Source of the DNA: Octopus vulgaris
Taxonomy: Eukaryota
Direction: 5' to 3'
Length of the DNA: 64,000 bases
Assembly (NCBI GenBank): GCA_951406725.2
Contig: OX597834.1
Coordinates: forward strand, 38,254,001 to 38,318,000
Shown here one piece after another: positions 1 to 11,877 of the stretch. Within the stretch, counting starts at the first letter, position 1. Each line of letters opens with the position of its first letter. The position numbers and the translations under genes are program-made. The notes beneath the pieces were generated by a model. It searched no databases. It was given only the letters and a program-made list of their open reading frames with translations, and was not told the DNA's origin.

Positions 1-289
1 ATTCAAACAAGAAGGGGAGAAGGGGTACATGTAGTTTAAGTACAGTTAACTTGAATGAACAAAGAGGGGAAGAGCACTGGCAGTTCACAGGCAGAAAACA
101 CCTAAGTGTGAGGGTGCATGAGTGTATATAGGAAGGCACCCAGGATTTAGAGAAATAGTGATCAAGAGAAAGAAAGTCTAAAATCTAAAGAGAAGAGGGA
201 GAGAAAGAGAGACAGGGAATGTTGGGAAGAACAGCATACAAAGAGATGGGAGAGAGTAGATAGTAAGAAAGAGAAGGAGGAATAGAGAG

Positions 290-470
290 TATATTGTTAT
301 TCTTGAACCCAGAGCAGTTCTGATACAGATCTATGTAGAGGGCATTCCAATTGTGACCATCACATCTCTATTCAGATATAGTGTATCTAGGATTACACAA
401 TCCAATGTGTCTTCTTTTTTTTTGAGAACAGTAGTGCATTATTTAGCTCCTATTTCTAGTAAGTCAAGAG
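290..470 (+). repeat. Copy of an abundant old interspersed repeat (here 'family E')
   Basis: Motifs GGCATTCCA..TGACCAT, ATCTAGGA.TAC...ATCCAATGTGTC and GCT.CTATTTCTAG recur at about 595-775 (inverted), 26195-26385, 30630-30835, 35235-35400, 39675-39855, 41460-41878, 43990-44395, 44500-44645, 53700-53890 and 54410-54545. Orientation is arbitrary. Confidence 0.7.
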
Positions 471-1059
471 ACTAACTGAAATAACAAATATCAGAAGTAA
501 AACTACAAAACTGAGAAATGAACCTACAATAAAAACTCTGGAAATTATCATTCATCCATAGATAAGCCAATGAAGTAGTTACTACAGAATCATTCTTAAT
601 CTGCAAGAAATAGCAGCCAATATCTCCTCATACCACACTCTACCATCATTAAAAAGTACACATTGGACTAAAGTAATCCTAGATTCAAACTCAATATAAA
701 ATAAGATGTCTCTGATGAAAGTGCTTTGATCATAGATCTACTTCATCAGAGCTGATCTAAAATGAAACAAATGACAATAATTTATATATATTATGAGCTG
801 CTCTTAAGAAATACTTCACTCTTATACTAACAGCAATGGTAAGAGATGTAAACACAATACTCAGCTGTCAACACACCTTGAATTTACAATTACAATAATT
901 TCATTAATAAAGCATAAAAGCCACAAACTCATCTTTTCCCAATATCTGAATGTCTCAGTCTTCAAGAAACCACCTGGTTTCATGGCTTAACCCCAAGTTG
1001 TAGGTGGAAATTACAGAACCCTATCATTCATATATATATATTTCAATTCCATTATAACC

Positions 1060-1250
1060 CTTTCCTATGTGCTTGCATGGGCCAGATAGAATTTGTTGAG
1101 GAAATTTTCTACATCCAGATGCCCTTCCTGTTGCCAAACCTCACCTATTTCCAAGCAAGATAATATTTCCCTCTGACCGTTAATTTTTCCTTGAAAGATA
1201 GGAGATGAATGGCAACAACTGTATGACAGTGGTGCCAATTGTGTGTAAGC
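1060..1250 (+). repeat. Interspersed repeat, probably derived from a retroposon 3' end
   Basis: GATGCCCTTCCTGT..CCA..CCT.ACC..TTTC.AA.CA.G.TAA.ATTT core is shared with about 55800-55990 and more weakly 54620-54800. Confidence 0.6.
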
Positions 1251-1282
1251 ACATATATATGTATACGCACACACATTGGCCT

Positions 1283-1405
1283 CAGTCAGTTTCTCCTTTG
1301 ATCACCATGGGGCCATAGTAGAAGAAACTTGCTGAAGGTGCTACACAGTAGGACTGAAACATGTGGTTAGGAAGCAAACTTCTTAACCACAGAGTCATAC
1401 CAACA
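1283..1405 (-). mobile_element. tRNA-derived SINE, 5' portion (family A), decayed
   Basis: ATAGTAGAAGA.ACTTGC..AAGGTG..AC.CAGT.GGACTGAA...CATGTGGTT..AAGCAA.CTTCTTA.CCAC matches copies at 34425-34750, 42468-43345, 49721-49858, 51960-52090 and 56035-56180. Confidence 0.7.
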
Positions 1406-1489
1406 TCTGCAATATGTGTGTGTGTAACATCGGTACAGTAGAAAAAAATATTATGCATTAAGTTGGATCCGCTTACTTCAAAAAGGTAA

Positions 1490-1640
1490 AACTTAACCAT
1501 TTGAAAAACTGAAATCAATAAAATAAGTACCTAACCACAGTAAGTATTAGGTCGATATGATTGACTAAACCTGTTGAAGGAGGTACTTCAGCATGGCCAC
1601 ATTTCAATGACTGAAACTTGTAAAAAGAGAATAAAAGAAT
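1490..1640 (+). mobile_element. SINE 3' portion (family A tail)
   Basis: AATAAGTAC...GGTCGAT...GACTAAA...CAGCATGGCC.CA...CAATGACTGAAAC..GTAAAAAGAG; the same tail is at 17150-17330, 28658-28745, 42268-42425, 52150-52350 and 55250-55445. Confidence 0.7.
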
Positions 1641-3342
1641 GTATTCTATAGAAAGAAATAAGATTCTGGAATTCCAAAGCTTCATTCAATAGTTTCCATT
1701 TCCATATATGCTGAAGATAGGCATGAATGTCACTGTCTTCCAATCTATATTGTTAAAAAAGAATTCTTGAATTTGGATGACTATGCAAGAAATAAACATT
1801 AATTTAGCTGAAGTATCAGTTCACATACACATACACACACACTTTTAGCTAAATAGGTTGTTATCAAAAATGGGTCAAGTTGATATTTGTTTTTCACTCC
1901 TTTTCCTAGTTACCTGCTTCTGTAATCAATAAATAATGTGGAATGTAGGTGATGGAGATAATGGTGGTTATCTTAGGGCTGAGGAGGAGGTAGTGGGGAA
2001 GTAATGATAACAAAATAAATATACCATTTATAATGGAAGTATGTGAGGCAGTAATGAAAAAATCATTTTCTTCCCTTCTTTTTTCACTCCCCCACACCTT
2101 TTCCCTCTGAATTCCTTTCCTGCATAATTCTCACCTTTTCCCTCAATTTCTCCTCCCTCGCTCCCTCACTGCACATTAATGACAACGATAATATGTGGAT
2201 ACACATAGGGCATTAATTAGAAAAATTAGTTATAAACAAAACAGAAGGTATTCTTTACAAAGTCATAAATTCAAGGATATAACAAAACGTTTTGTTGTGG
2301 GAATTAATTCACAATCCAAGAATTGTCCAATAACTTCAACCATTCAGACTATTTTGATTGTATTTGTATATGCATGCATTTGCAGAAGCAATTGTGATAC
2401 TCATTTTTCCTTTGTCTTTTTTTCAATATGTTTTGTTCATTCGAGTAATGCTGTACTGTCAGTTACTTCCCAAGTAAAAAAATATGTGTATCTGTGTGTA
2501 ATTACATCAGGTAGTAAATTACCTTATGTATGTAACCCTAAAATGTACATCACCCCCAAACAGAGGCGTTTTCTATAATTAGGTCAGTGGAGTTAGCACA
2601 CTAAACCTTCAACTGCAATTCTTCCATTTATAAATAGAATAATCACACACAGCTAACGTGAATCATCAATTTACTTCCTAATCAGCAAAATGTTTGGGTT
2701 TAACTATTTAGTATTCAAATAACTCTGTCAAATGTCACACTTATTTATTCAAAATGTTTTGAATTAATCATGTATTACATTGTAGCTTTAAGATTTTAAT
2801 GATGTGATTGTAAATTTTTAGAATGCCACTCTAGGGTAGGTATGAGAGGCCAGATCAGGCCAGTTTGAACATAAAACAAGCAGAATATTTTGGCTGGATA
2901 TAGCTGGTTTAAAATGCTAAAGAGTTAATAGCTGTAACAATGCCATTCAGGCTTTTATATTGTTTATTGAAGAAGTTATGACACAAAACTTAAATTTAGA
3001 AAGTAGTTGATTTTATCAAAAGGATTAAAAGAAATAGTCTATAAAAACACCGCATAAGAAAATCAGAAGCATCTTTCTTTATCTGTTTAAAAAGCTGAAG
3101 AACATCAAAGTTAGAAGTAAAAGCAAGATTAAACACCTAAAGCAACAAAACAAATTATCATTTAAAAAAAAATTTAATTAGGTGCATAACCTTTCCTTTT
3201 TGAAATTAAAGTATTGTTTAAATATAAAATATAAATGAATACATTGTGTGTATATGTGTGTGTGTGTGCACGCACACACGTTTATGTGTGCACGTGCACA
3301 CACATTTGTCTTTTCTGTTTCTCATTCCTTCTGTGCTTCTCC

Positions 3343-3377
3343 CTTCTGATAAAAGACTCATGTCCAAAACATTAAAG
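3343..3377 (+). ncRNA. Degenerate minimal hammerhead-ribozyme-like motif
   Basis: CTT-CTGATAA-AAGAC-TCAT-GTCC-AAAAC-ATTA-AAG resembles CTGATGA-stem II-GAAAC-..UH with G>A decay in both conserved boxes; almost certainly inactive. Confidence 0.35.
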
Positions 3378-3472
3378 CATCTTGTTTCCATTAAAGCATT
3401 AAGCTAATACCTTATTTGTTAAACCTAGTTCTTCATATGCACTCATTTTTTATTGCTCATTGTATTTACAGA

Positions 3473-3511
<39 letters not shown>

Positions 3512-3722
3512 TGTTGAAATGGAAAGATGAATTTTCTTGTTACGGATTATTCAAAAGTTTAACCGATACCTGGGTAGCAAAAATCACAGCAGAAAAAACA
3601 CGGTTGGAGATAAGACCATATGGTGTTGCAACCGTGCGTTGGTGCGGATAATTGAAGTTTAATATAATTAGTGAATGGAAGGAATGGAGTTGAACGAAGA
3701 TTGTACAGAATTCCTTTTATTA

Positions 3723-3807
3723 CATTCTACACATGTTTCAAAGGCCACAATTTTCCAAATTCTGATTAAATAAGGATACCATATTGCAGCTTTCTCTTCA
3801 GGAAAAA
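3723..3807 (-). ncRNA. Type-I hammerhead ribozyme motif (mirror copy)
   Basis: Exact reverse complement of the motif at 4003-4087. Confidence 0.65.
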
Positions 3808-4002
3808 CCAGGAATTACGTTGTCAGAACAAAACAAAACAGAGGCGCAGCAAAGCAATTCGAACGAGGACGCTCCTTAAGAGCCCATGGGTAAATGTACG
3901 TACATTGATAAACAGTTTACCCATGGGCTCTTAAGGAGCGTCCTCGTTCGAATTGCTTTGCTGCGCCTCTGTTTTGTTTTGTTCTGACAACGTAATTCCT
4001 GG

Positions 4003-4087
4003 TTTTTCCTGAAGAGAAAGCTGCAATATGGTATCCTTATTTAATCAGAATTTGGAAAATTGTGGCCTTTGAAACATGTGTAGAATG
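4003..4087 (+). ncRNA. Type-I hammerhead ribozyme motif
   Basis: CTGAAGA at 4009-4015; stem II 4016-4027/4059-4070 (12 positions, 1 mismatch, 3 G-U); GAAA at 4071-4074; quasi-palindromic stem III ACATGTGT; GUA cleavage triplet 4080-4082; short stem I TTC/GAA. Confidence 0.65.
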
Positions 4088-4139
4088 TAATAAAAGGAAT
4101 TCTGTACAATCTTCGTTCAACTCCATTCCTTCCATTCAC

Positions 4140-4174
<35 letters not shown>

Positions 4175-4330
4175 TTCCAGATATTTGCATTCCAAGTTCA
4201 AATATTCAAATTCAACTGAAGTCAACTTTGCCTCTCATCTTTCAGGGGTTGATAAAATATAGTACCAATCTGTGACTGGGGTTAAATTGTCTCCTCCTCC
4301 CTTACACATTTTTGGCTCTTTAGCTATGTT
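4175..4330 (+). mobile_element. SINE (family B), decayed
   Basis: GTTCAAAT...GTCAACTTTGCCT.TCATC.TT..GGGGT.GATAAAAT..AGTACCA core; other copies at about 7730-7850, 8570-8750, 14290-14470(-), 15380-15740, 29815-29945(-), 35690-35870, 37793-37912(-) and 45605-45725. Confidence 0.7.
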
Positions 4331-5232
4331 ACAATAAAAATTATCTTCTTGTGATTATTCTTACTAATGATTTCTCATATGTACAACTTTTAAAAATAAT
4401 TTCAAAGCAGCATGTCACTGCAACCTGATTACTTACGTATAAAATACTTTTAATATTAATAACTGTAGCAAATTCTATAAAAAAAAAAATGCAGACCAAA
4501 CAAGGTAAACCTACACTACATTTAAACTAGATGATAAAAACACTAACCCTTACATTATTTTATACAGACACTCCAGTTTTCATAAATCTGGATTTTGCAT
4601 TTGTATTTATACTGGTTTTTGTGAGTGAAGAGTAAAAAGAGAGAGGGGGAGGGAAAGAGAGAGAGGGGGGAGCATGTGTGTGTGTGGAAGATACAAAAGA
4701 AAGTAAAACGGTAGAGAAGATGGGACAGGTGTGTATATACATACAAAGATGATAAAATGATGTGTATTTTGCATGCAATGAAAGAGTGGATTCAATGAAT
4801 TAGCAACAATATTTGTTGTTGTTTGGATGCAGAAACACTATCAAGTTATCTTTTATGTTCATTTTTTTTTTTTTTACTTTCTGCAGAACTGTTATTATTG
4901 TGGTTGATGACAACAGATGTATTTTGAATTAGGTCAGTGAACTTGTGGAAGAATGACTGACTACCCTTGATGTACATCATACATGTGTGAAGTTTTATTA
5001 TAAAATATTTTATTGAAGCAACAATGATACTAGATATGACAACAATTAATTAAACAAAACATACCAAAAAATTGTTCATAACCCTGCCCCCCTCATACTC
5101 GCATAGAATTCTCTTAACAACTGGGAGTTGAGTATGTATTCATCTAAAAGAAGCTTGACCCCAACTGAAATCCCATTGCTACTTTTACTAACATTATAAT
5201 GTTCTTCATTTTATTTGTACATACACGTGGAC

Positions 5233-6594
5233 TAGGGTGGAGCAAAAAATGCAACTTTTGAAATTGTAACCCAGAATCGATATTTTTTTGTGAATTAGGG
5301 TTAAAAGAAAGGTTTTTAAAGAACTTTGCAGTTAAATATTTTTTTCAGGCTCTACAATGCAATTGAATATTTTCAAAATCATTATTTTTGGTCAAATTTG
5401 GGTTTTCATGGATTATAAATCATAACAAATACAAAGCAGAATGCAAACTGTAAATGTAGTATCCTTAAGTGGTTGCATACCAAGTTTCAATATAATTGAC
5501 TAATATCTTGAGGTTCTGCATTGACTCTATAGAGAACGTGAGTGTGAACTTCTCTCCAGTCCCGCTGCATGTGGATGTACATCATACATGTGTGAAGTTT
5601 TCTGCTTTGTACCTTGACTTTAGGCCATTGTATCAAAATTAATGATCATGTTAAATTTAGTGTTGTTTACATTTAGTGATGACTCATAAGTCAATAACAC
5701 ATCATGACATTGAATGCCCAATATTTGGTACTCCGGGTGATCTTAGCGAGCGAGTTTCACCAACTTATAAGGACGTACTAAGACAAAAAAAGGACTTCAA
5801 ATTGAAAGGTAATACAGCAATAATCAATTAGAATTATTTAGCTTTAGCTATTTTGAACATAACAAATAATTAGTATTGTGTTGCTTTAGGAATTTCCAAA
5901 ACAACAAATCTTTGACTGTTCCATTCTTTATTTGAGAGTGTAATGCTATTATCGTCTACAAAAAAAAATTGGCTTTATTACTGAAATGAAAAGGAATGCA
6001 CTACAACGATTAGTATTATTTAGTTACATGGAATTATTTCGAATAAATTGAAAATGTTAATTATTTTTATCACCAAAATGTGTCAAGAATCAAAAATTGG
6101 TTTACACGTAATTTTATTTTAATTTGTGTGTAATCTAGACCTCATGAAACACATATTTGGTGACCTAGTATTAAAAATAATAAAGAAAAAGTCGAAAAGT
6201 CTATTTATTTCACATAATTTCGAAATTTCAAGTGTGTTGCGGAGCCTGAAGATATATATTTTAAAGTTTGAGATTTTAACACTCTTGTTTCTAAAGGATT
6301 CCACAAAAGACAATCGATTCATAATCATCATCATCATCATCATCATTTAACGTCCGTTTTCCATGCTAGTATGGGCTAATGAATGTAAAAAATAAAATGA
6401 GGAACGCTAAACGTGTTATAAATTGATTTTTTTCTCGTTATTCAAAATTTCAAGGGGGCTGCGGAGCCTGAAGATGTAAATTTAAGAACTTCTGAGTATA
6501 ACACAGTTGTTTTTAAAGGATTTCACAATAAAAAATATATTCTTGAAAGCATTTCCAAAATCTGTGTAAAAAGTACCTTTATCACCCCACCCTA
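5233..6594. mobile_element. Non-autonomous hAT-like DNA transposon (old)
   Basis: Termini TAGGGTGG...CCACCCTA; flanking 8-mers ACGTGGAC (5225-5232) and ATGTAGAC (6595-6602) match 6/8, both differences being transitions; diverged subterminal direct repeat GCGGAGCCTGAAGAT.. at 6239 and 6461. Confidence 0.5.
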
Positions 6595-7160
6595 ATGTAG
6601 ACATATATAAATGTGTATGTGTGCATGTATGTGTGTATGCATGTACACATATGGAGAAATAAACAAACAGGGTGTGCATTGCGCCACATGGCTATATCAA
6701 GGGTTGAACAGAAAGAACACAACAATGAGAAAAAGTTAAATGAAACCAGAGCAAATGGGAAATTAGATGGAAACTTAATGGACAGGAAATTTAGACTAAG
6801 ACACAATACACAGAATATTCACAGCTGAGTTTTCCTTGTCAGTCAATGACCCAAAATATCATAGTGGTTTCGCACCATTACCATTGAGACCACTCAATCT
6901 TGGAGGCACCAGTGCTGTCATTAAGCTACTGGGAAAAAGCTAGCTCCTTTGTTCTCTTTCCCTCTCTCAATACTTCCTCTTCCCTATCACGTGACCAGTG
7001 TCTGGCAAAGGCAGTGTTGTTCTGTTTTTGCCCTGCCTTTGACCAGACTGGTCATGCTGATCTGGGCTCCTGCTACGTCCTCTAGGACTTATTTTATTTC
7101 ATCTTTGCACAACCCACAAACTTCATTCGATAGCTGCAAAACTCTTTCCATTGTATTTGT

Positions 7161-7197
<37 letters not shown>

Positions 7198-7422
7198 CTT
7201 TTTTCTTCTGTAAGGCTTTGTGCTGTTATATATTCATAATTCTTTGTTGTATTTACATAAAATCTTGTTTGTTTCTGTCTTAGTACACATTCTAGCTTTT
7301 TCCTAGTAGCTTAGTAACAGCACTGGCACCTCGTCTAACTTTAACTTTTCCCCTTGTTGTATTCTTTCTGTTCAATTCTTGATGTGTGTGTGTGAGAGAG
7401 AGAGGTGGGGGGGGGGGGGGAA

Positions 7423-7701
7423 TTTGTTTTGCAAGATTCCTGATGTGAAATTGTGCATTGAAACAGATATTGTTATATTTCAGGATGGTCATTTTTCTTC
7501 TTGCCAAATAAACACACACATTATATGTTCATTCTTCACTCATTTATTATTATTTATCTTATGCCCATTGTATGGAAATCTTTCATTACACACCTGTGTA
7601 TGATGAAAGATTTCCAGACAATGGATATAAGATAAATAAAAAATATATATATATGTTTATTTGGCAAGAAAAAAAATGCCCATCCTGAAATATAACGATA
7701 T
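7423..7701. mobile_element. Small inverted-arm element, copy 1 (possible PLE-type truncated insertion)
   Basis: About 48-bp inverted arms 7467-7514 / 7654-7701, plus one-sided extension TTGCAAGATTC..ATGTGAA.T.GTG..TTGAAACAG shared with 33108-33339 and 53050-53202. Confidence 0.55.
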
Positions 7702-7900
7702 ATATGTATATATGCATTCAGCACTTAGTATTAGATTTTGCCTTTCACCCTTTAGACGTCAAAATAAGTACCAGTTAAGCACTGAGGTCGATGTAATTAA
7801 CTTACCCATCCCCCCCAAATTGCTGGCCATTTACCAAAATTTGAAACCAATATTATTTTTATATGCATATATATATATAGCTCACAAATAATAACTGTGG

Positions 7901-7931
<31 letters not shown>

Positions 7932-9365
7932 TGTGAGTGTGTGTGTTTGTATGTCTGTGCATGTATGTATATTTTACACATAGATGGATACATACAAATG
8001 TAGCTGTTTAACTGACTACTGTGATATAAACATATAAAAATAAATGTAGTGTTGATTATTTAATATTAGTGTGTGTCCATACTTGATTATTATCATTTCA
8101 TCTAATTTTCTATGGAAGTATTTATATACAGTTTATTTAAACACATATATATACAGACAAACTGCATCACACCATACTTTTAATAGCAACTTCTATATAT
8201 ATTAATGTGCCTATATATGTTAGTGTGTGTATGTGTGATAGTTATGTGCATATGTATGTTAGCGTATGTATGCGTGTGTTTATTCTCCATTTTGATTGAA
8301 ATTTTTTCCCCAAATTAAAGTAATTACTCAAAGCAAATAAAAATAAATAGTCAGAGCAGTAATATATAAATGCCACCACCTATTAACCAACATTTCAGTT
8401 TAACACACTATTACAACAACAACACATGATGTGATATCTGTTTGTCTCTTTACTGTTGCTCCCACCACTCCATAGATTAGACAATGAGAGTTACAACCTC
8501 ATTTTGTGCAATGAGTTGTTAATAAAAATAGGCAAACATCATTACTGTTAGTAATATGGGAGGTGGACAAACAGAATTAGTAATGCTGTGGTATTTAGAG
8601 GCACATTGCCTTATATTCAAAGTTCAAATCCTTTTGAGATCACTTTACCTTTCATCCTTTCAGGTCAATAAAATAGGTACTAATTAAGTACTGATGCTGA
8701 TCTAATCAACTATACCCTGCCCCCAAAATTTGAGGGTTTGTGCCTATGTTATAAATTGATAATTATTGTTATTACTAATTAATTTTGAAATGAAAGGTAG
8801 AAATAGTGTTGGACTGAATATATTAGTGTTTTGTGTTATTCTGGCTACAAATCCCATTGTAGTCAACATTGCTTTTCATTCCTTTGAAGTCAATAAAATA
8901 AATTTGACATCTACATCCTCAACCATTGATCCAAACTACTATAACATCACACTCACACATGACCGGTCTTGCCTAAGTTATATATTTTATCCATCCCAAT
9001 TCTATTAATGCAATACCATAAATGAAATTGCCTTCACCAGCCTAGTGTACATACTCTCACAGACAGTCTTTTCTCTGACAAAAAGCAGGTTATTTTATTT
9101 ATTTTTTATTATTCTTTTAGACTTATCCCTTTGGGCTTCAGGAGTCTAGACACAGATCCTAGAAATTGGAAAGGAAGAGTTGCTGCTGAATTATGACTCA
9201 CATAATTCAGATTAAGAGTGGGAGGAGGAAGAAGGAAAGTAATCCTTGCTATCCTAACTCCCCACCTACAAAAAAAAAAGCTAAAACCAAAATGTTCACT
9301 AGTCCTCTTTCCAAAATCTCATCATCATCATCATCATCATATTATTATTATTATTATTATTAAGA

Positions 9366-9578
9366 AGGAAGTGAGCTGGCAGAATTGTTACTTCACCGGC
9401 AAAAACGCTTAGCAGCATTTCATCCAGCTTTATGTTCTGCATTCAAATTTCGCCAATGTCGATTTTTGCCTTTCATCCATCAGCAGTCAATAAAATAAAA
9501 TACCAGTCTTGTACTGGGGTCAGTTTCATAAACTAATACCACTCTCTTAGATTTCTGGCTCTATGCTTGCGTAAGAAA
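9366..9578 (+). mobile_element. SINE (family B), near full length
   Basis: Head GAGCTGGCAGAATTGTTA..., B-box-like TTCAAATTT, core GCCTTTCATCC...AATAAAATAAAATACCAGT..GTACTGGGGTC. Confidence 0.75.
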
Positions 9579-11198
9579 TTGTGAAGAGCTAGCAGAATTG
9601 TTAGGCCATCAGAAAAACCACTTCTGGCACACTATTGGCCAAAACTCTAGAGATGGTAAGAAGGGAAAACCCTTTATGCTCATAACAACATGAGAAACAG
9701 ATGAATAAGCACTTCAACCCTTAACAGTGCCACTCAATAGCAGCATACCTACATAATGCAATGAGGAAGAAATAATAACTGCAGATGAAAACCTCTAAAC
9801 TGTCAGAAGAAAACACGGAGGTGGGGAGAAGAAAGGCAAAAAGTAAGAAAAACAGGTAAGACTGAATGATTTCATCAAAACACCATGGAAAGCCTACCTC
9901 AAGAAAATAATAAGGAAAGTGGAAAGGTAAACAACTAAGATTCATCATCCTCAGAAAATGAAAAAATCAATGGACAAAATTATGCATTTGTGGTTCTACA
10001 GCTATTTCAAAGACGTTACAGTGAAACAAGAATGAGATAAGCAACATGCAAAATATAGATTACTAAAAATAGAACTAAGACATTACAACAAACTCAAAAG
10101 AGAATATCCTAAAAATGTTGGAGTTTTTTCTAAACACCAAATGCCTAAATAAATGCTTACTGGTGTATATGGTTGCACTCATACATACTTCCAGAAATTG
10201 TCAATGGGAAGGGTTGTGAAGCACTCAAACCCAACCTAATCAGTAATCTTTCATGTTTTGTTTTATTTTCATTATATCTTGTTTTAATTCTTGTTTTCAT
10301 TTGTTTCTATGAAAAATATCCACACTTTTAAAATCTTAAAATGTCTATTATTATATTGTACAACATCTCTCTCCTGCTTCCTTTCATATTGTAGTCTTTT
10401 CTTTGTAACCCCTAGTGAAAGTTTGATTTTTGTCTCTCTTTGAACTTTTGTAGTTAATGCAGCTTATTATTATTATCAGCAGCAGCAGCAGCAGCAGAAT
10501 CGTTAGCAAACTGGGCAAAATGCTTAGCAGCTTTTCATCTATCTTTATGTCCTAAGTTCAAATTCTACCATGATAGTTTTCAAAGACAATGTTATCAAAT
10601 AGAATTTTCCTTTTTTTTTTTTCTAAAGATTGTGGGAGCTAAATCTTAAGAAAGATTTGACTGCAGTTTTTAGTAAGACAGACAGTTCCTCATTAGTCAA
10701 AAATGTATAAGATTTAGATGAATTTTTGTTAGTAAGATTTTTTTTACTTGTAGACCTCATCTTCTAAGATGAAAATATTGTTTAACTATTTCTATTACTA
10801 GCTTAACGATTGTTTTCATATTTTACACTCAGATATCTTGATATTTTAATGTGTATACATTGTACCAGGATCTGTAGCATCTAGAACCAGTAGATAAGAA
10901 TATTGTTACCCATGGTTTAAAAAAAAAGCTCCTAATTCAAATCAAAATTTAGTATATGTGAATTTTTTTCTTTTAATTGTAATCATTTCTAAAGAGGAGG
11001 TGAATCAATGATCTGAAAACTTCTCTCGTTAACAGAGTTCAACAACCTAATTGCTTTAGCTGCTGTTGCATTCATTAGTCTGATTTATTATATTTAATTA
11101 AGAGAAAATCAACAACCTCAGCAAATGGAGGGTAATATTATTAGTCAGCTGATCTTTAAAACACTGTAATAGACATGTCTCCAAGAAAACATCTATGC

Positions 11199-11409
11199 CA
11201 ATGGTTCTCAACAAGGGTCCATTTGGCCCTTGGCGGTCAATATCATATTTTGTTAACATTTATTTGCAATAAGCTGGTTTAAACTTTTACAATACACAAA
11301 ATACTTAGACATTGAATGATTACTGAAGGTACCCCTCCCCCCCACACACACACCTGAGTAAAACATGAATTAAACAGGTCCATACACAAAATATAACTGA
11401 GAACAACTG
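11199..11409. mobile_element. hAT (Charlie/MER5-like) MITE
   Basis: TIRs CAATGGTTCTCAAC / ACTGAGAACAACTG; 8-bp TSD ATCTATGC (11191-11198) / ATCTGTGC (11410-11417). Confidence 0.75.
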
Positions 11410-11499
11410 ATCTGTGCAGTCTCTTGATTTTTAAAAATAGTAGCAATATCTCTTCCAAATCACATCTTACCATCTTTAGGTCTGTTCAATGAAGGCTAC

Positions 11500-11877
11500 T
11501 CTCTCTATATATAAAGCTGAAGTTGTCTGTGTATGGCAGGTTTGGTAGCCTTCAACTAACACTATCTCCTCCAAGACCCTGCGGCGCAAGTTGACCAAAA
11601 CTGAGAGTATGATAGAAGGTTTGCTCTTCCTTCCATAGAAGAAAAAATTCAAATCGGACCACGTTAACACCAAAAATGTGCTTTTTTCTTCTTCTATGAA
11701 AATCCCTATTTTTTACGATTTTTTTACTGCTGTGTTGCCATTTTTCGGTGTATTTCAACCAGAAAAATGTTCACTTAAAGAGAATAACAAGCTACATAAT
11801 GCAAAATTTTTACTTTTCAAAAATTCCAATTCTAAAGGGTCAAAACAAACCCGAGCAACACCGGGCGATACTGCTAG
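11500..11877 (+). mobile_element. Non-autonomous Helitron-like element
   Basis: 5' TC(TC)TATATATAAAGCTGAAGTTGT..; 3' GC-rich hairpin CCCG-AGCAACAC-CGGG followed about 8 nt later by CTAG|T; no TSD seen. Confidence 0.7.

Larger units (their letters stand above)
3509..4148. mobile_element. Penelope-like (PLE-derived) inverted-repeat insertion in a (TA)n tract
   Basis: Perfect inverted arms 3662-3894 and 3916-4148 (233 bp, no mismatch found by eye), 21-nt spacer, about 150-bp one-sided extension 3509-3661, (TA)n on both flanks, hammerhead motif and AATAAA in each arm. Confidence 0.75.

Noticed and set aside
7009-7032. AGGCAGTGTTGTT similarity to the miR-34 family seed
   Set aside because: It straddles the stem-loop junction of the hairpin and its 3' half does not match miR-34; treated as coincidence.
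9950-10260. Possible Penelope ORF remnant (CLNKCLLVY-like)
   Set aside because: Too degenerate to support by eye.
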